Notes: generated by a model from the letters alone, not told the origin. Numbered from the stretch's first letter, positions 25,373 through 38,989 are shown. The stretch is 64,000 bases of DNA from Camelus dromedarius (GCF_036321535.1 NC_087437.1:98520001-98584000); one strand, 5' to 3'. A program made the numbers and translations.

Positions 25373-25783
25373 TGCAGGCTGAGTTGTGTTTTCCAAAAAG
25401 ACATGTTCAGGTTCTAACCCCTGGTATCTGTGACTGTGACCTTATTTGGAAATAGTTTTTGCAGACATGAATAAGATGTAAATTAAGGTGAGGTCATATT
25501 GGGGTAGGCAGGCCCTTAATCCAAAGTGTCTGGAGTCCTTATAAGAGGAAGAGACAACTGGAGGAGGCAGACACACAGGGAGAGCATCACGTGGCCACAG
25601 AGGCTCCTACCGGAAGCTAGAGAGGGACAAGGAAGGATTCTACCTAGAGTTTCAGAGGACACGCCCTCTTGACTGCTTGATTTTGGACTTCCAGCTTCCT
25701 GAACTGTGAGACAATAAGTTTCTCTTATTTTAAACCACCTGGTTTGTGGTGCTCTGTTCCAGCAGAACTTGGCAGCTAATACA
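25373..25783 (+). mobile_element. MaLR solo LTR (MLT1B/C-like) with a perfect 5-bp TSD
   Basis: TG...CA ends; 'tgtgaccttatttggaaatag', 'ttggacttccagcttcctgaactgtgagacaataagtttc', 'ctaataca'. CCACT at 25368-25372 and 25784-25788. Confidence 0.92.
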
Positions 25784-26129
25784 CCACTTTCTCTCTTCTG
25801 ATGGCTCATTTTAATTTTTATTATGTTCTCTCGGAAACCTCAAAACAAAATGACTTGGGTGGCGTCTGGGTGCCAGACGCTGCCTTGATCTTGTTGAAAT
25901 CCTCAAAGCCCTGCCCCATGTGCTGGTCCTGATGTTCATCTCTTTTGACCTTTGGGATCATTATGATCCACGATGTCACATCATGTCACGTCTGCCAGCA
26001 TGCTTAGTCAGGTGAGCACTTCAAATTTTGATCTGCAGGTGCCTCTACGAGCTGCATCCTAGGACAGCAGTACTGCTGGGCCTACCTCTCCGGGTCCTGT
26101 GAGTATAGTGACGTGAAAATAATTTTATA

Positions 26130-26385
26130 AGTGTACTGTTACTGGCCAACACTTTTTTAATACTACTTATGTGCCCAGGCCTGGGCAGATGCTTCCGTAT
26201 GTTGCCTTATTCAGTTCTTGCAAAAATCCTCTAAAGATGCTACGATTATCTATGCCCATTTTACAGGTAATAGAGATTGAGGTACAGCAAGGGTCATATG
26301 GCAGGAAAACGATGGAGCTGGGATTTCAAGCTACATCCAACAGACTCCAAAGTCCATGACTTCCCTCAGTACTACAGTGTAGGCA
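26130..26385 (-). mobile_element. MIR SINE
   Basis: 'tatgcccattttacaggtaatagagattgaggtacag...ggagctgggatttcaa' is the reverse MIR core. Confidence 0.75.
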
Positions 26386-26423
26386 ATGACCTTCAACTGT
26401 TTACCTTAGAGATGCACTTTGGA

Positions 26424-26524
26424 CGAATATATGTATGTATATGCATGACTGGGACATTGTGCTGTACACCAGAAATTGACACATTGTAACTGATTATACT
26501 TCAATTTAAAAAAAAAAGAAAGAA
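26424..26524 (+). mobile_element. Short young L1 3' stub with poly(A)
   Basis: 'gcatgactgggacattgtgctgtacaccagaaattgacacattgtaactgattatacttcaatttaaaaaaaaaa'. Degenerate TSD agagatgcactttgga (26408) / agaaattcaccttgga (26525). Confidence 0.8.
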
Positions 26525-27519
26525 AGAAATTCACCTTGGAAACCCCCCAGATTTACTCTAAGTCCCTTCAGAATTGAGCTCTAACGTCTTTTCTAGTCTC
26601 ATCACTTGTCATCAGTGCCCTCCCCACCCCCCTGCACTAACCATAGGAGGATTTTCACACTTTCACATTCCCTGGAACACATAGGCTCTGTCACCCCTCT
26701 CTGTTTCATACATTCTGTCCTCTTGACCCCAGATGTCCATCTCCCGTGGCCTACGCACACTACGAACATCTCCCTACATCTGATCCAGAAGAAAAATCAA
26801 TCTCTTTGAGTCCCCAAATCCCCATGGGTAGCTGTATCCTTCCTACAACACTTATCTGAGCACATCCTCTGGCACTCGGCTGGGACTGGGGTGAGGCTTG
26901 TGAGTCACCCAGTCACAACCGTCAAGGAGACAACTGCTGTTAGTGTCTGGGGGCAGAAGAATTCCTGAGATATTCATCCGTATTCATTCCTTTGGTAGTT
27001 ATCTCCTGGAGCAGATTCTGCTGTGTTGGGGGCACAGAAAATACAGAGGAGGGAGAGCGAGGACATCATCCTCCCAGGCGAGGGAGAGAGTGGAGTTGGC
27101 AGAACCCAGCAGAACCCACCATGCAGGCTCTGCTCTTGGTGGAACCCTGCATGGTGGTAAGACCACAGGGTGGGGTGGAGGGGTACCCATTTATCTAGGG
27201 AGCTGGTTTTAGGCAGCAGGATCCCATGTCCTTAAGGATTCAGTGGCCCATGTGTGTCGTGAATATAGTGGGGTTTCCAGATCTCAAGTAACCAGCCAGG
27301 CTTGGACCACAGGCATCCAGGAATAGCCTAGGTGAGCTCAAGATTGCGGGGGTTCTCTTCACATGCTTGGGGCTATGGAAAACCACACGACTTCTGGGTG
27401 GCACAGAGGCAAAGCAGGAAGGGACCCTCAGTCATGACTAAGATTAAACTTCCCAGATGCCCTGCAGGATGAGAGCTTAGAGTAGCATTTAATCTCCTTT
27501 AAAGAAAATAAAGACAAAT

Positions 27520-27750
27520 AACCTTTACTGTACTCACATTTCAGTTTGTGAGCCATGATTCATACCCAAAACATTTGTTTTCATGTCTGTCTCTATTACT
27601 GGACCATGAGCTTCTCCAGGGCAAATACTCATATCCTTTTGTCTTTGCATTCTCGGACTTTGCATGGGGCCTATTGCAAAGCAGGCCCTAAACAAATGCC
27701 CACTAAATGCCTGAATGAATACATGAATCAGTCAATCAAGCAGTTAATCA
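27520..27750 (+). mobile_element. L2 3' end
   Basis: 'tctgtctctattactggaccatgagcttctccagggca...aaatgcctgaatgaatacatgaat'. Confidence 0.7.
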
Positions 27751-30700
27751 GTCTCTAAGGGAAGCGTCATGCCATTTGATTCTATGAAGGAAATGAGAAA
27801 GTACCAGATCCTCCCATTCAAGCTTTTATTTGGAAACAGAGCTAGGATGCAGCCCTCCCCACCAAAACAAGCCAGAGGGAGGAGGAGGAGGGAGAAGGGG
27901 AGGGGGGTCACTAACTTGTAAAGGGTTCCTCCTCCCCTCGCCTTTCGATTCAGGAGGATGAATGGGTGAATTTTCTTCCTCTTTTGTTTGGTGTAGTACT
28001 AGCTTCCTCCAGGCAATATGAGAAATCAAAGAATTTGGCTGGGTACCTACATCAGAGAATTTGATCAAGGACTGTTGGAAGCCATCAGGGGATGATGTGA
28101 GGGAAACAGTGCTGCCCCTCTGTTTTTCTTCATGCCTGCTGAAAACCCAGTGCTTTTACTAACTGGTTTTTCCAGATGTGTTCATTCTGGAAGGCCACAT
28201 GGATCATTTGGTTGAGGGAAGTCATGCTCACGATTGTGTAGGTTACCTATTGTGTAGTTACCTGGCTTCCAGGCACTGAGGACACCAGGACACAAAAGAA
28301 TATTCTATGAAAGTTAATATTCACAAGGTTTTATGTAATTTCTTTTATGTTCCATTGTTGGGATTTCTCTCTAGGAGAAGATACCTAGGAGCCAAATATC
28401 TGGAAAATAGTCTAGGGGACAATCAGGGAAAACGAACAAATAAAACCTCTCATGGACTAAGTAAGCCATCAGACTCCTCCCCTTTCTCTCCCAAACCCCT
28501 TGAGACAATGACCTACCACAATCAGGTTAAGTTTGGCCGTTTGGTGAAAGCCAGGCGGTATCACAGGAAGCCCTGGTTTCCCCAAGTCCCTTGTGAACAG
28601 GGGCATGTCATTCTTTCCATTCCTAGGGCTCCTGAGAGAGCCCCTTGTGTCTTCTATCCAGCCTGGTTTAGCGCCCAGTTACATTCTTTTCTCTTAGATG
28701 AACTAGCAAGCTGGCTGTCAGTTCCCAATTCCAGAGATTCTGTCGTCTTACTGAATCTGTGAGAGCTGAAGGGTCTTGACTTTCCCAGGAGGGGAGACTT
28801 GGAGGAACCTCTGTCGGCCCAGGGTGATTTGGCCACCTTCTCTCTTCTTCCCTCCACACCCTTCTTGAGGGAAGAGTCGGCCCATCCTTGCAGCTTTTAG
28901 GTTCCACCGGAGTCAGAGGGATTAGGCAATGGGCATGACTGCAAAGCTCCAGCCCCACCCAGGGGTCAGGGCTCACAGCCAGGTTCCTCACAGGAGGTCA
29001 CTGCAGCTGTCTGCTGTCAGTGGCCTGATCTCAGGCTCACAAGAGCAAAGACCCAAGGGTTGGCTCTGTTGGCTGCAGGGCCAGTTTGGCCTGGCGACCA
29101 GGTGGATGTTCTGGTTCAACTCTGAAGACACAGATTCTGAAACTAAGAGAAACAGGCTACAGAAACAAAAAGAGACTTAGAAGAAAGCCATAAAGTTTAC
29201 AGGCTAGGAAAAACGATTTTGCCTCTCTAAGTATATATTCTTGATTTCTGATAAAAATATTGAATATTCATTACATTTTGTAGCCAAATATTGCCCTGAC
29301 CATGACTTTTAATTATAGAGTTAGGACAAACCTGTAATTCCTATATCGAGGAATAAAGTTAAATGAAATTAGCTAAAAATCAAACCAGTGTCTCTAACCT
29401 TACGCTCTTTCTGGTGCTTAGGGTTCACTTTCAAAGTTCAACAGCAGTTGGTCTACCTTCTTGACCTCCTCTAGATGAGCAGCCTGCTTTCCCTCAAGTA
29501 CTGGCTATCATGATGGGTTAAGTTTGTTTTTCCTACTGCATTTCTAGGCCCTTCAGTTTTGTCTCATTGATCATGTGTTTTAAAGCTGCACATTGACTGT
29601 CAATCTATCTTACGTGATTCTTGACGCACCCCGTGTATTTAAATTGACACTTTGAGAATGTAAGGTTTTATTCACAACATAAGTTTGGGCAAATTTACCC
29701 TTGCATTCCAGTTGAAAGGAGCCTAATCAACTGATTGTTTAATTTCCATCACTTCCTCACTGCCTTAAGGTCCTCTGACTCAAAACTCGTGGGGAGAGTC
29801 TGAAGTCGCCTTGTGCTCAAAGCACCTTTTATTTTTTGTAAAATATCCTTGGGCGCTGTTGCACTTCCTTGATATTATCTACAGTCAGAAATGCACCAAT
29901 ACCCTGACATAAGTGTGTTTCCAGACAGCCTAGAACCTGTCATTTTATTGCATTTTATCCTTCAGTTGCTCCTAGAATCTATTTCAAATGAAAGGGTAAA
30001 AGTGATCATAGAAATAGGTTAGGTAAGGGGAAAGGAAGACAGAAATGTTCACAAGTTGCAAACAGGAAAAAGAAATAGGACAACAGGGCTTCGGAAAGGC
30101 TGCAAACACATCGGTAAACACACAGAGACTGTCCTGGAACAACCCTGATGTTTGCCTTTGCTCTAATGGTGCAATGTGGTCTAGTGGTCTGACCAACTGG
30201 GAATCCAGAGCCTGGGTTCTCTGTTTTGCTTCAGACTCACTGTTCCGTACTGAATGGCCTTGGATCGGGTTTCTTGATCTGAGAGATAGGCGGATTTCCC
30301 TGCTGTGAGGCTCAATGTTTAGAAGTAGAAAGGTTGCAGAGGGGTGAAGGACATGGTTACGATTAAAGCGAGACTATCCTATGTGAACGGTCAATGAACA
30401 AAGTTTTATTCTTACTTGCACATTTAGAGTCAAACACCAGTCTTCTCTTCCCAGTACAGTGGGTTGGTTTGTTTGTTTTGTTGAGGTCCCTGATAATCCA
30501 GGCAGTTTGGAAAGGGCTAGGGGTGCGTGTGAAAGGTGAAGGGAATCATCTATTGACAGTTTTTGGTGGTTTCCTGTGTTTTGCACGTCCCTTCTCCGCA
30601 TCCCCAGCACTGACCTCTTTTTTTTTTTAAACTTAGGAATTTATATTACAGTGTTAGATTTTATAATTAACATGGCTACTTACGTATATTTTTCTCCAAA

Positions 30701-31384
30701 TGATCTCATATTTGCATATTTTAAAAATATTCAAGCACATCTTAAGTTCTCTTTCAAGGCAACCATGTTTAAAGAAAGCCCTGCTTCTGTTACAATTCCG
30801 CACTCCTTGGAGGGGTGAGATTAGCCGGGCTCGCAGATCAGGGAAATCCATAAATAGTTAAAAGCCTCCAGCCCGTGGTAAAGAGGAAGTAAAATAGACT
30901 TATCTCATGACCCCAAAACACATCAAAAACTATAAAATAATGAACCTTTGACTTGGCATTTAAACAAAATAGGATAGAGTGAGAATTTTGTTATTTCTGA
31001 AGTGGGTTTTCATCTCCATGTTGAAGTCAAAGAAACTTGGAAATAATTATGCTTTCTTTGATTTCAACGTGCAAGCTTTAATAAGAAAATTACTGCTTTT
31101 GTTTTTTAAATCATGTAATCACTCAAGAGGAATTGATTCACAATTATTGCTATTAAGCCTTATGAACAAGTTACAAAATATGAAAGCTGATTCTTTAAAA
31201 TATACATTCCATGTTTAGTAGATTTTTTTTTTAATGTTGAACATTGTTTTCTTTTTCGAGCTCATTTCTGGCTCGCAAAGCCTAGAAAAATGGTCTGAAT
31301 CAATAGTAACTTTTTTCCCTCTTACTTCTTCCTTCTCTTCTCCTTCCTTCCCACCATTCTTTCTTTTTCTTCCTCTACTTTTCT

Positions 31385-32060
31385 CCCCAACATGTTTGAG
31401 TGCCTACTGTGTACCTGGCACGTTGATGCCGAGTGCCTTGGATTTAAAGGTGAAAAAGACCCAGGTTCTTCAGAGAGCAGCCCCAGGAGACAGACAGCAA
31501 ACCCCACTTACCTGTGTGACCAAAGGTATTGAGAGCCTGAACAAGACACCCAGCCAACCAGGCCACAGGAAGTGGGGTTGCAGGGAGAGCTGCTCAGAGA
31601 AGGTGAGTTTTAACTGATACCGAGACAGATTAACTAGGGACTTGAAGAATATAAATGCTGAGAATGGCATAGAGAACGCAGGGTGATATATCTCATTTAC
31701 TGGGAGATGGGGGAATGAGTAGAGGAGTGGGAGGAAGAGATGAAACCAGAGTCTGAGGCAGGAGTGGGTGCTTTCCCTGCCAAGCTATGAAATGTGGATT
31801 GATTCCTATAGGTACATGGGAGCCACTGAAAGTGATTAGTCAGAAGAATGTCAGGAGCAGATGTGCATTTTAGAAAGATCATCCCAGGCTTCCTTCTCAA
31901 GGTCTCCAGGGGATGGGAGTTGAAATTAAGAGCTTCTGGAGATACCATGTCATATGAATGTAAATTTTCTTTCTGAATCAACCTGGGCCCATGTATTCAT
32001 TCATGCAGCAAACCTTTAATTAAACACCTATTTTCTGCAAGGCCCTCAGAGCACTCCTGG
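31385..32060 (-). mobile_element. L2 fragments
   Basis: 'caacatgtttgagtgcctactgtgtacctggcac...gggagccactgaaagtgattagtcagaag...gcattttagaaagatcatccc'. Confidence 0.7.
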
Positions 32061-32449
32061 GAGATAGAGGACAGTGAACCCCACCTATCTGTATGCTGTG
32101 GTGAAGACAAATAGAGTTAAGACACAGTCACTTTGAGGTTATCAACATCCCTCCGAATACCATCTTTTGATAAGGCAGGCTTGCTGCTGCCTCAAACTCA
32201 CCAGGGAACTCCCATGCATTGTCTATAACACTCATATTGTGTGTAGCTTAATTCCACTCTTCTCAAAATTCCCCTTTTGTTGTTCTGAAATGCAACAACT
32301 CCAATAAGTTTAATATCGTCTATTCTTCCTCTTTCTTAAGAAATATTCTCAGTGTCAGTAAGATCTCCCCTTGTACTAGCCATTAACAAAACCCTTAACA
32401 AAATGGAGAGTGAAACTTCAACTTTGTAAACCTGCATAATTCCCTGTTC

Positions 32450-33600
32450 GTGGTGGATGAATTTCCTTCCTTTCCAAGAGTGTTCAAAGTGCTAGAAGTT
32501 AATTTGAAAGAAAAAAGGCTGGTCAGACGTTCTCACTCTACTTCCACTTGTAGGAAATAAAGAAGGATAGAAATTAGCACCTATGTCAGTGGAGTGTTCT
32601 GAGAAATCACTGTGTGAAAAGACAGAGTGTGATCTCAATCAGAAGCTTCTGCAATAAGATTTTTGGAACCAAATATAGCCCCCAGAAGCAGACGTGGCCC
32701 ATAAGTGGAAACAATCGATCTTGCAATTAAATTTCTGGGGCTTTTAGAGAGAACAAATCCAAAGTAACCTTCATTTATATCTTACACCAATTTCTTTAGG
32801 TTTTAAAAATTACAGCACTTGACTATTGTACAATCTTTTCTAAGGGCACTTATACAGAACAATTTCATTTTCAAAAATTAGGAAAACTTTTATAGTGAAA
32901 TAGTCTAAGAGAAAATGAAAAGAAAAATTGGAAACATAGGTAGCATTGGAAATAAGACCACAAGCTGAACAAAATGGATGTTATACAAGGAATAGCAATA
33001 GAAAACTAAACGCAGAATTTGTAGCTCATATATTAAGAATGCAAGAACCATATACATTTATTCATAATAATTAACTAAAGATAATTTGCTGTGGAATAAT
33101 TGAACCAGAACTGATTGTTGTTCTATGCATTTTATTTTAATACCATAATCTGATTATTATAGATTTTCATACAAAAATTTAATGAGGTCAAAATTCAAGC
33201 AGTATTAATGTCTGATTATCCATTCATTCAGTATATATATATTATGGATGCTATGAACAAATTGAACACAAAATACTTAAAACTTTCCAAATGGTTGTTG
33301 ATAAAATATATATATACACCAGTTACATAACAAACAGTTCAAGTTATTTTGGATCACCAATTACTAACAGAAGGTTTACTCTATGGGGAAAATATGAGTC
33401 TGTTTATTTCTAGAAAGAAAGCTTCAAAAATAATAATGGAGCCTGAAGAATCTACAAAAATAATATGAAGAGGAGGCTGTCAACTCTTGAGGATACTTCA
33501 AACTGCTTGAAGTTTATTTATTTGGTCCACTCACAAGGACAGGGAGCCTTCATTGTTTTCCAGCTTCTGCACAGGAGATTTGATGCTACAAGAAAATGGA
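32450..33600 (+). mobile_element. Putative very ancient L1-like LINE 5' portion (decayed ORF1 plus APE endonuclease)
   Basis: Colinear decayed motifs across frameshifts; see finding. Closest match is SLFIWSTHKDREPSLFS (33511-33561) vs the L1-type endonuclease motif L.DIWR..HP..REY(S/T)FFS. Confidence 0.5.
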
Positions 33601-33659
33601 ACCAAGGCAATGCTAAGAATGGAAAATAAAAATAAAAAAAATGGTAGAAACGTAAAATC

Positions 33660-33890
33660 ACCAGTGCCATTCTTAGTATCCAGAGACTTGACCCCAAATC
33701 TTGCCTCCACCAATAAGTAGCTTTGAGACCTTGACTATGGCAGTCACTTACTCTGGACCTCAGTTCACTTACCTATTAAATGTAGGTAATAATATTTTCC
33801 CCATATGTTTTACCAATTGTTGTGAATAACAAAGAGAAACAGTGAGATAAAAGATGTATAAGTGCACCTCAAATTGTAAGGTGCTGAAAC
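33660..33890 (+). mobile_element. MIR SINE
   Basis: 'tagctttgagaccttga...cagtcacttactctggacctcagttcacttacctattaaatgtaggtaataata'. Confidence 0.7.
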
Positions 33891-34669
33891 TTTGTGGCTG
33901 ATGAGTACTGTTCTTCCTGGATTCTTTTTTCTCCTCTAGTGGTTTCTTTTCTTAGGTACTGAGAAGACACAGGCCAAGAATAACTCCCCAAGAACATTGT
34001 TGAAATGCATATTTTTAAAACAACTCCTTAATCATCATCATCAGAGGAGGAGGACACCTTTTAGCCTAGACAGGCTAGGCTAGGCTAGAGGAGACATTTC
34101 AGCCTAGTTGAGGAAGACCTCTCTCTGATACTAGTCTATTCAGACACTAGTCTGTTCAGATATTCAATTGTAAATAGGGCCCTTTTCCACATTCCAGAAG
34201 ACTTAAAGTCTTGTCATTTCAGTAAGTCTATAAACTGATCATTTCTGTTTAATAAAGTTCCAGTAGATGGCCTGTGGTCTTTGACACCTGCAACATTGAT
34301 CCCATGTACTACAGGCCCCTTGAACACACAGACTTTTTGTTAGAACAAGCCTTCCAATGTCTACCCTATAGCTGTTAGAATTATGTGAAAACTGAACACT
34401 GATGAAATGGCACTAGACTTAAAAGCTTTCTTCAGTTCAGGTCAATGCAATTCAGCAAACATTTATTTAGGGTTAATTCTGAGCTGGGCACTGTTCTAGG
34501 TACGGGGCTATTCAACAAGGATTTAGATGCAGTCTGGGTCCTCCGGGAACTCTCAATGCCTATGAGAGACTACTCAACTGCATGGGGTGCCATTTAAAAA
34601 AAAAAAAAAAAACTCTCACCAACCTAATAAACTAACCAAAGACAGTTTTGGAAAAAAAAAAAAAATGGA

Positions 34670-34985
34670 GAGATTTAATATGACCCACTATTAGATGGTA
34701 CTTAAGAAGTAGCATTAGTTTTGTTTGTGATAACAGCATTGTTCCCTATTATTTTTTTAGAGATAGATAATGAAGTCAGAAGAAGTGAACTGATACGTGC
34801 CTGGGATATACTTTTTTAAAAACTAAGGAAAAAGAGGAAAAAAAAAGAAAAGAAAACAAGGTGCATGAAAAAAATATGCCCACATTTTGATAATCTTTCA
34901 ATCTAGGCAACAGGCATTTGAGAGATTATTTACTCTCTTTCCTTTAGTTAATGTTTGGATTCTTTCATATTAAACATATTTTAAA
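34670..34985 (+). mobile_element. Old L1 (L1MC/ME-type) 3' fragment
   Basis: 'ggagagatttaatatgacccactattagatggtacttaagaag...gccacattttgataatctttcaatctagg'. Confidence 0.55.
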
Positions 34986-37900
34986 ATTGGTTGCCCAAAC
35001 TTCTGGATTTTTTTGTTCTCCTCCCTTACCTAGGACTAGCCCCAGCGTTGCAGCACGGGGCACACACACTGGGATATGCCTGCCACGTGGTATGTTGTGT
35101 CTCCTGTCACACTTCCTACTCGATGTCACCCTTGAATGCCTCAGGCCATCTCTGCTGAGAAGCCTTTGTTTAATGGCTCAGATAGAACCCATGACTTCCC
35201 CCATCTCTGGGCACTCCTGGAACCTGACTCACCGTTCTGTTATGGTATTTGCACAACTTTATTATGTATAACTGTTATTTGTCTTTTTTAACTCCTGTTG
35301 GGATAGAAACTCCTTTAGATTAAGCATGTATCTTAATTATCTTTTCTCACCCTTACTCATCACAGATTCTGACACTGAGTCTGCTCTCCATCAAATAAGG
35401 CCCTTAAAAATGTCTGTGAGATGGGAGACTTATCTGTCTTGATGGGCCCTAGTGCATAGCACGCGGTCATTTCGTAACCTCAATAAGTAGAACACAAAAA
35501 GTATACTTTGGCAGCTAATCTGTGCAAATTATATTTCAACTGTAGAACTATGGAGCTATGCAAAACGTAAGTATATTTGTTTAGCTTAACCTAGTTACTG
35601 GAGCAATTTCTGAAGCCTCCTTATTCATTTCAGGTATTAGGCATCTGATCGACCGGAGCCAGCAGGGACTCATTTTGGAGAGCACTGCATTACTAGGTCT
35701 CATTCTGGTGCAATGCACACTATTACTATCAGCAAAGTGCTTTTGATTTACCAGGAAATCTTTTGACAAAGCTAGTCTCCCTTCAGGGAAGTGTGGGTGG
35801 TGGTGAGTGGGACAGAGGAGTAAAAAAAGAGACACTCCAAATAAAGCAGTGAAGTTCTTCTGCGCTGTTACAATGCGATCTAATTAGACAAAGCAGATTT
35901 GCTCTTTAATTTCCTTTAGCAGAGATTGATACTACAAATCTTTGTAAAAAGGAGTGTTTTACGGGCAGAAACCAACATGTGACACTTTCTAGAGGCAAAC
36001 GGTGTATAAATTTAGACTTTGCTAAAATAACTAGTTATCATGTGATCCAATCTTAACGGGCTTTTAAAAATCCGCGAGGAAAATATATTTTATTAGTTTA
36101 ACTTGGTTGTTAGAGCCCTGTCTCCATGCATGATTTACTCGGGCACGTGGCGTGTGTTTGGAAAAATCAAACCTCCTTTGGGAACTGCACTCTTAAGATA
36201 TTTGTTCAGAGATGTTCAAGCTGTCAGTTACAAGATGCTTGAGCCAGAAATGGGCAAGTCCGGGTAAAAATGCAGTTGTTATGTAGCCATTCTGTGTGTA
36301 TGTTTGACAGTTGTGGTCAAATATATAGGTGTCATCTCCCTCAAGTAATCTTCACCATCTGTTACCTCAGCTCATCTTAGGGCTCATAATTGTGTTGTTT
36401 CTCTTAGAACCAAGTTGAGAGTATAATGTTAAGCTTAATATAGACTTGTTAGCAGGCTTTTTTTTTCCCCCATAGTCTAAACCATGTGTGCTTGTCCAAA
36501 GAAGGCTACACAGTATTTTATAGTATCCGATCACAGATTCTGATTTCCCTTGCCTGTTTTCTTTGCCCATACTGAAACTGCATCTCCTTTGTTCCTGTAA
36601 TCTGCCAAGTAATGATGGTGGCTGATTACATGAGAGAAAGAATTCACCTTTTCTGGAGCAATTGTTTAATAAGGATTTTAGAAATTATTATTATAAAAAC
36701 CAAGGAAAATTACAGTATAGAAGAAAATTTTTCCAGGCAGAATCCATTAGTTGTGATCAAGAATTCTTGCTTACTAAAGACTGAGCACGCTCAGTGAATA
36801 TACTTGGTGGTAAATTTCCTTCCGGGTAAGAATAGCTTCTGGCTCCTGGGTGGAATAATGTGCCTTTGGGTTTGGGTCCTTGAAGACTGTTACGAGTGTA
36901 AGTCAACTGAATCGTTTTGTTACATTTAAGCCTCATTTTCTTGGGAATATAAACTGTGTACTTGCTATGGGACTTGTTTATGGATTTGCATCGTCTGTGA
37001 TAGGGGATAGGGTCGTGTTTATTATTCAAATCACTCTTCCTGACTTTTATGGAAAGTACTGTTAGCTGTGCTCTACTTGGTTATGTAAGTTATACAGTTT
37101 AACAGCAGAATTAGCATTCACACTCTCAGTTTATGAATAACATTCCTTTAATAACAGTATATTTAGACACAGATAGACAGGAGCTTAAATTATTGTTCAA
37201 GTTTCTTTTATTAAACAGAATAACATGGAATGCTCTTTCAAAATTCAATGAAGATCTGAAGAAATATGCTCTTAATCTATGATGTAAACTCTGTGTGTGG
37301 CCTCCTTGGAACAATGCAGTGAAAACAGTGATAAGTAAACAATAAAACAAAAGCAAATCAGTTTCTCAAAACCAGAAAGCTGAAAGCATCGGAGGAAACA
37401 CAACTCCACAAAGAAATGTGAGGTACTGACAGAACTCTTATATAACCTTCAATGCTGGAAGGGCAGATGTCATAACTGTTCCTGGAAATCTTTTTGAGGC
37501 CTCCAGGATATGTTCCCATTAATTTTTTTTTTTAAACACCTACCATATTGTGCAACCTGTAACCAGCACTGACTCATTTATATTTTGTTTCCTTTTAAGG
37601 CTGACTCAGGTTCAGTTCTCCTGAAAGGGGTTCCATGGAACAGCCTGTAGGAGTCATATGCAAAGAAGCTTCTGGATCCAGGACAGAGCACAGCCTCAGG
37701 AAGGTCACATGGGTCAAGCTGATTACCTCCTCCAGCTCTGGCAAGCAGAGGGCTCAGCTGGGTTACACAAGTTCACTGAGCTATTGACATTCAGCTGCAG
37801 CTCTCGCTCATTGCTCATTACCGATCAGCAGGAGACTGTCTGGGCCTCAGGTTAACTCTTCCGTGCCCTGTTTCAAGATTGCAGTGAGGTCAAAAAAGAA

Positions 37901-38989
37901 GCTGGAAGGTAACTTTGCCTCAGCTTGTTCCTGGTTGTTATTCAAGAAATGATCCTTTTAAACCAATATCTAATATACCTCTTAGAAGGAAGAGCAATGA
38001 TCCACTTGTCATTTTGAAGGTGCTGGATAAAACATAAGTAAATAATTGTGTCCCATATTTGTTCATTATTCAGTAAATGTTTGTTTCTGGGGAGGGTGAG
38101 GGTAGGATATGTTTTACCTTCCAGTCAAGAACTCCTAATTTTTTTTTTTAAATAAAGCAAGCCACATATGGTTTTTTAAAATGAGAATGTCAGCATTGGT
38201 AATTCTTTGTCACTTAAAAGTACATTTCCCCTGAGTTGCTCATGTAACACTAACCTCAGGGAAAACCTTCATAACTCATCACCTAAGAAGTGAAGTTTCA
38301 GGGAAGTTTGGAACCTCTCTAGGTGAGGTTGCAGACCAGGAGCTCTATGCTAAACCAGTTCCTACAAGCTTTGATCTCCTGCTGACACATTGTGATCTTC
38401 TAGAAGTGACTTAACCTGTCTGCCTCTGTAAACTTACTTGTAAATTGAGAATAATTGTTGATTAATCCATGAATCATGTCTTTCTGGTAGCAGTGGGAAG
38501 GCTGACTCACTGTCCCATCCTAGGGCCCCTAAATCATCTTTATCATCAGTAGGTCTCTGGCCCCAGAACACACGTCATACTGAATCCTTGGTTCTCTTCT
38601 TGTATTCCTCATTACTCCCGTGAATGGCTGAGGATCTACACACAACTCTGGCCACTTTTCATTCAACTACTCTATTTATCAAAAAATGTACTAAGCTTCC
38701 TTAAAGGACCAAGCACTTGTAAGACCAGAGACCTTCCCTTAAGGAGCTTATTGTTTAGCCAGAAGACATGGGGTTACAACACAATGTGGTCAGTTCTGGA
38801 AAATCCAAATGGATGATTCAGACTCCAGGTGGATTGGGGGAGGTAGGAGTTACCCAGTTTGATATCTGACTCTGTCAGATGATGTAGCTAACTGCCAAAC
38901 CTACCCTCGACCTGAGGAAATAAAAAGACTGCTTATACAGTCTCCCAATTGTGACTTTAATCCCAAATTCAAACAGAAACCCCCAGCCC

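Noticed and set aside
28307..28762. 151-aa ORF
   Set aside because: No recognisable homology or splice context; consistent with a chance ORF.
34040..34162. (GGCTA)n run and short local duplications
   Set aside because: Ordinary replication-slippage products.
34260..34271. CTCF core CCAGTAGATGGC
   Set aside because: Isolated 12-mer with a poor 3' flank; no other support.
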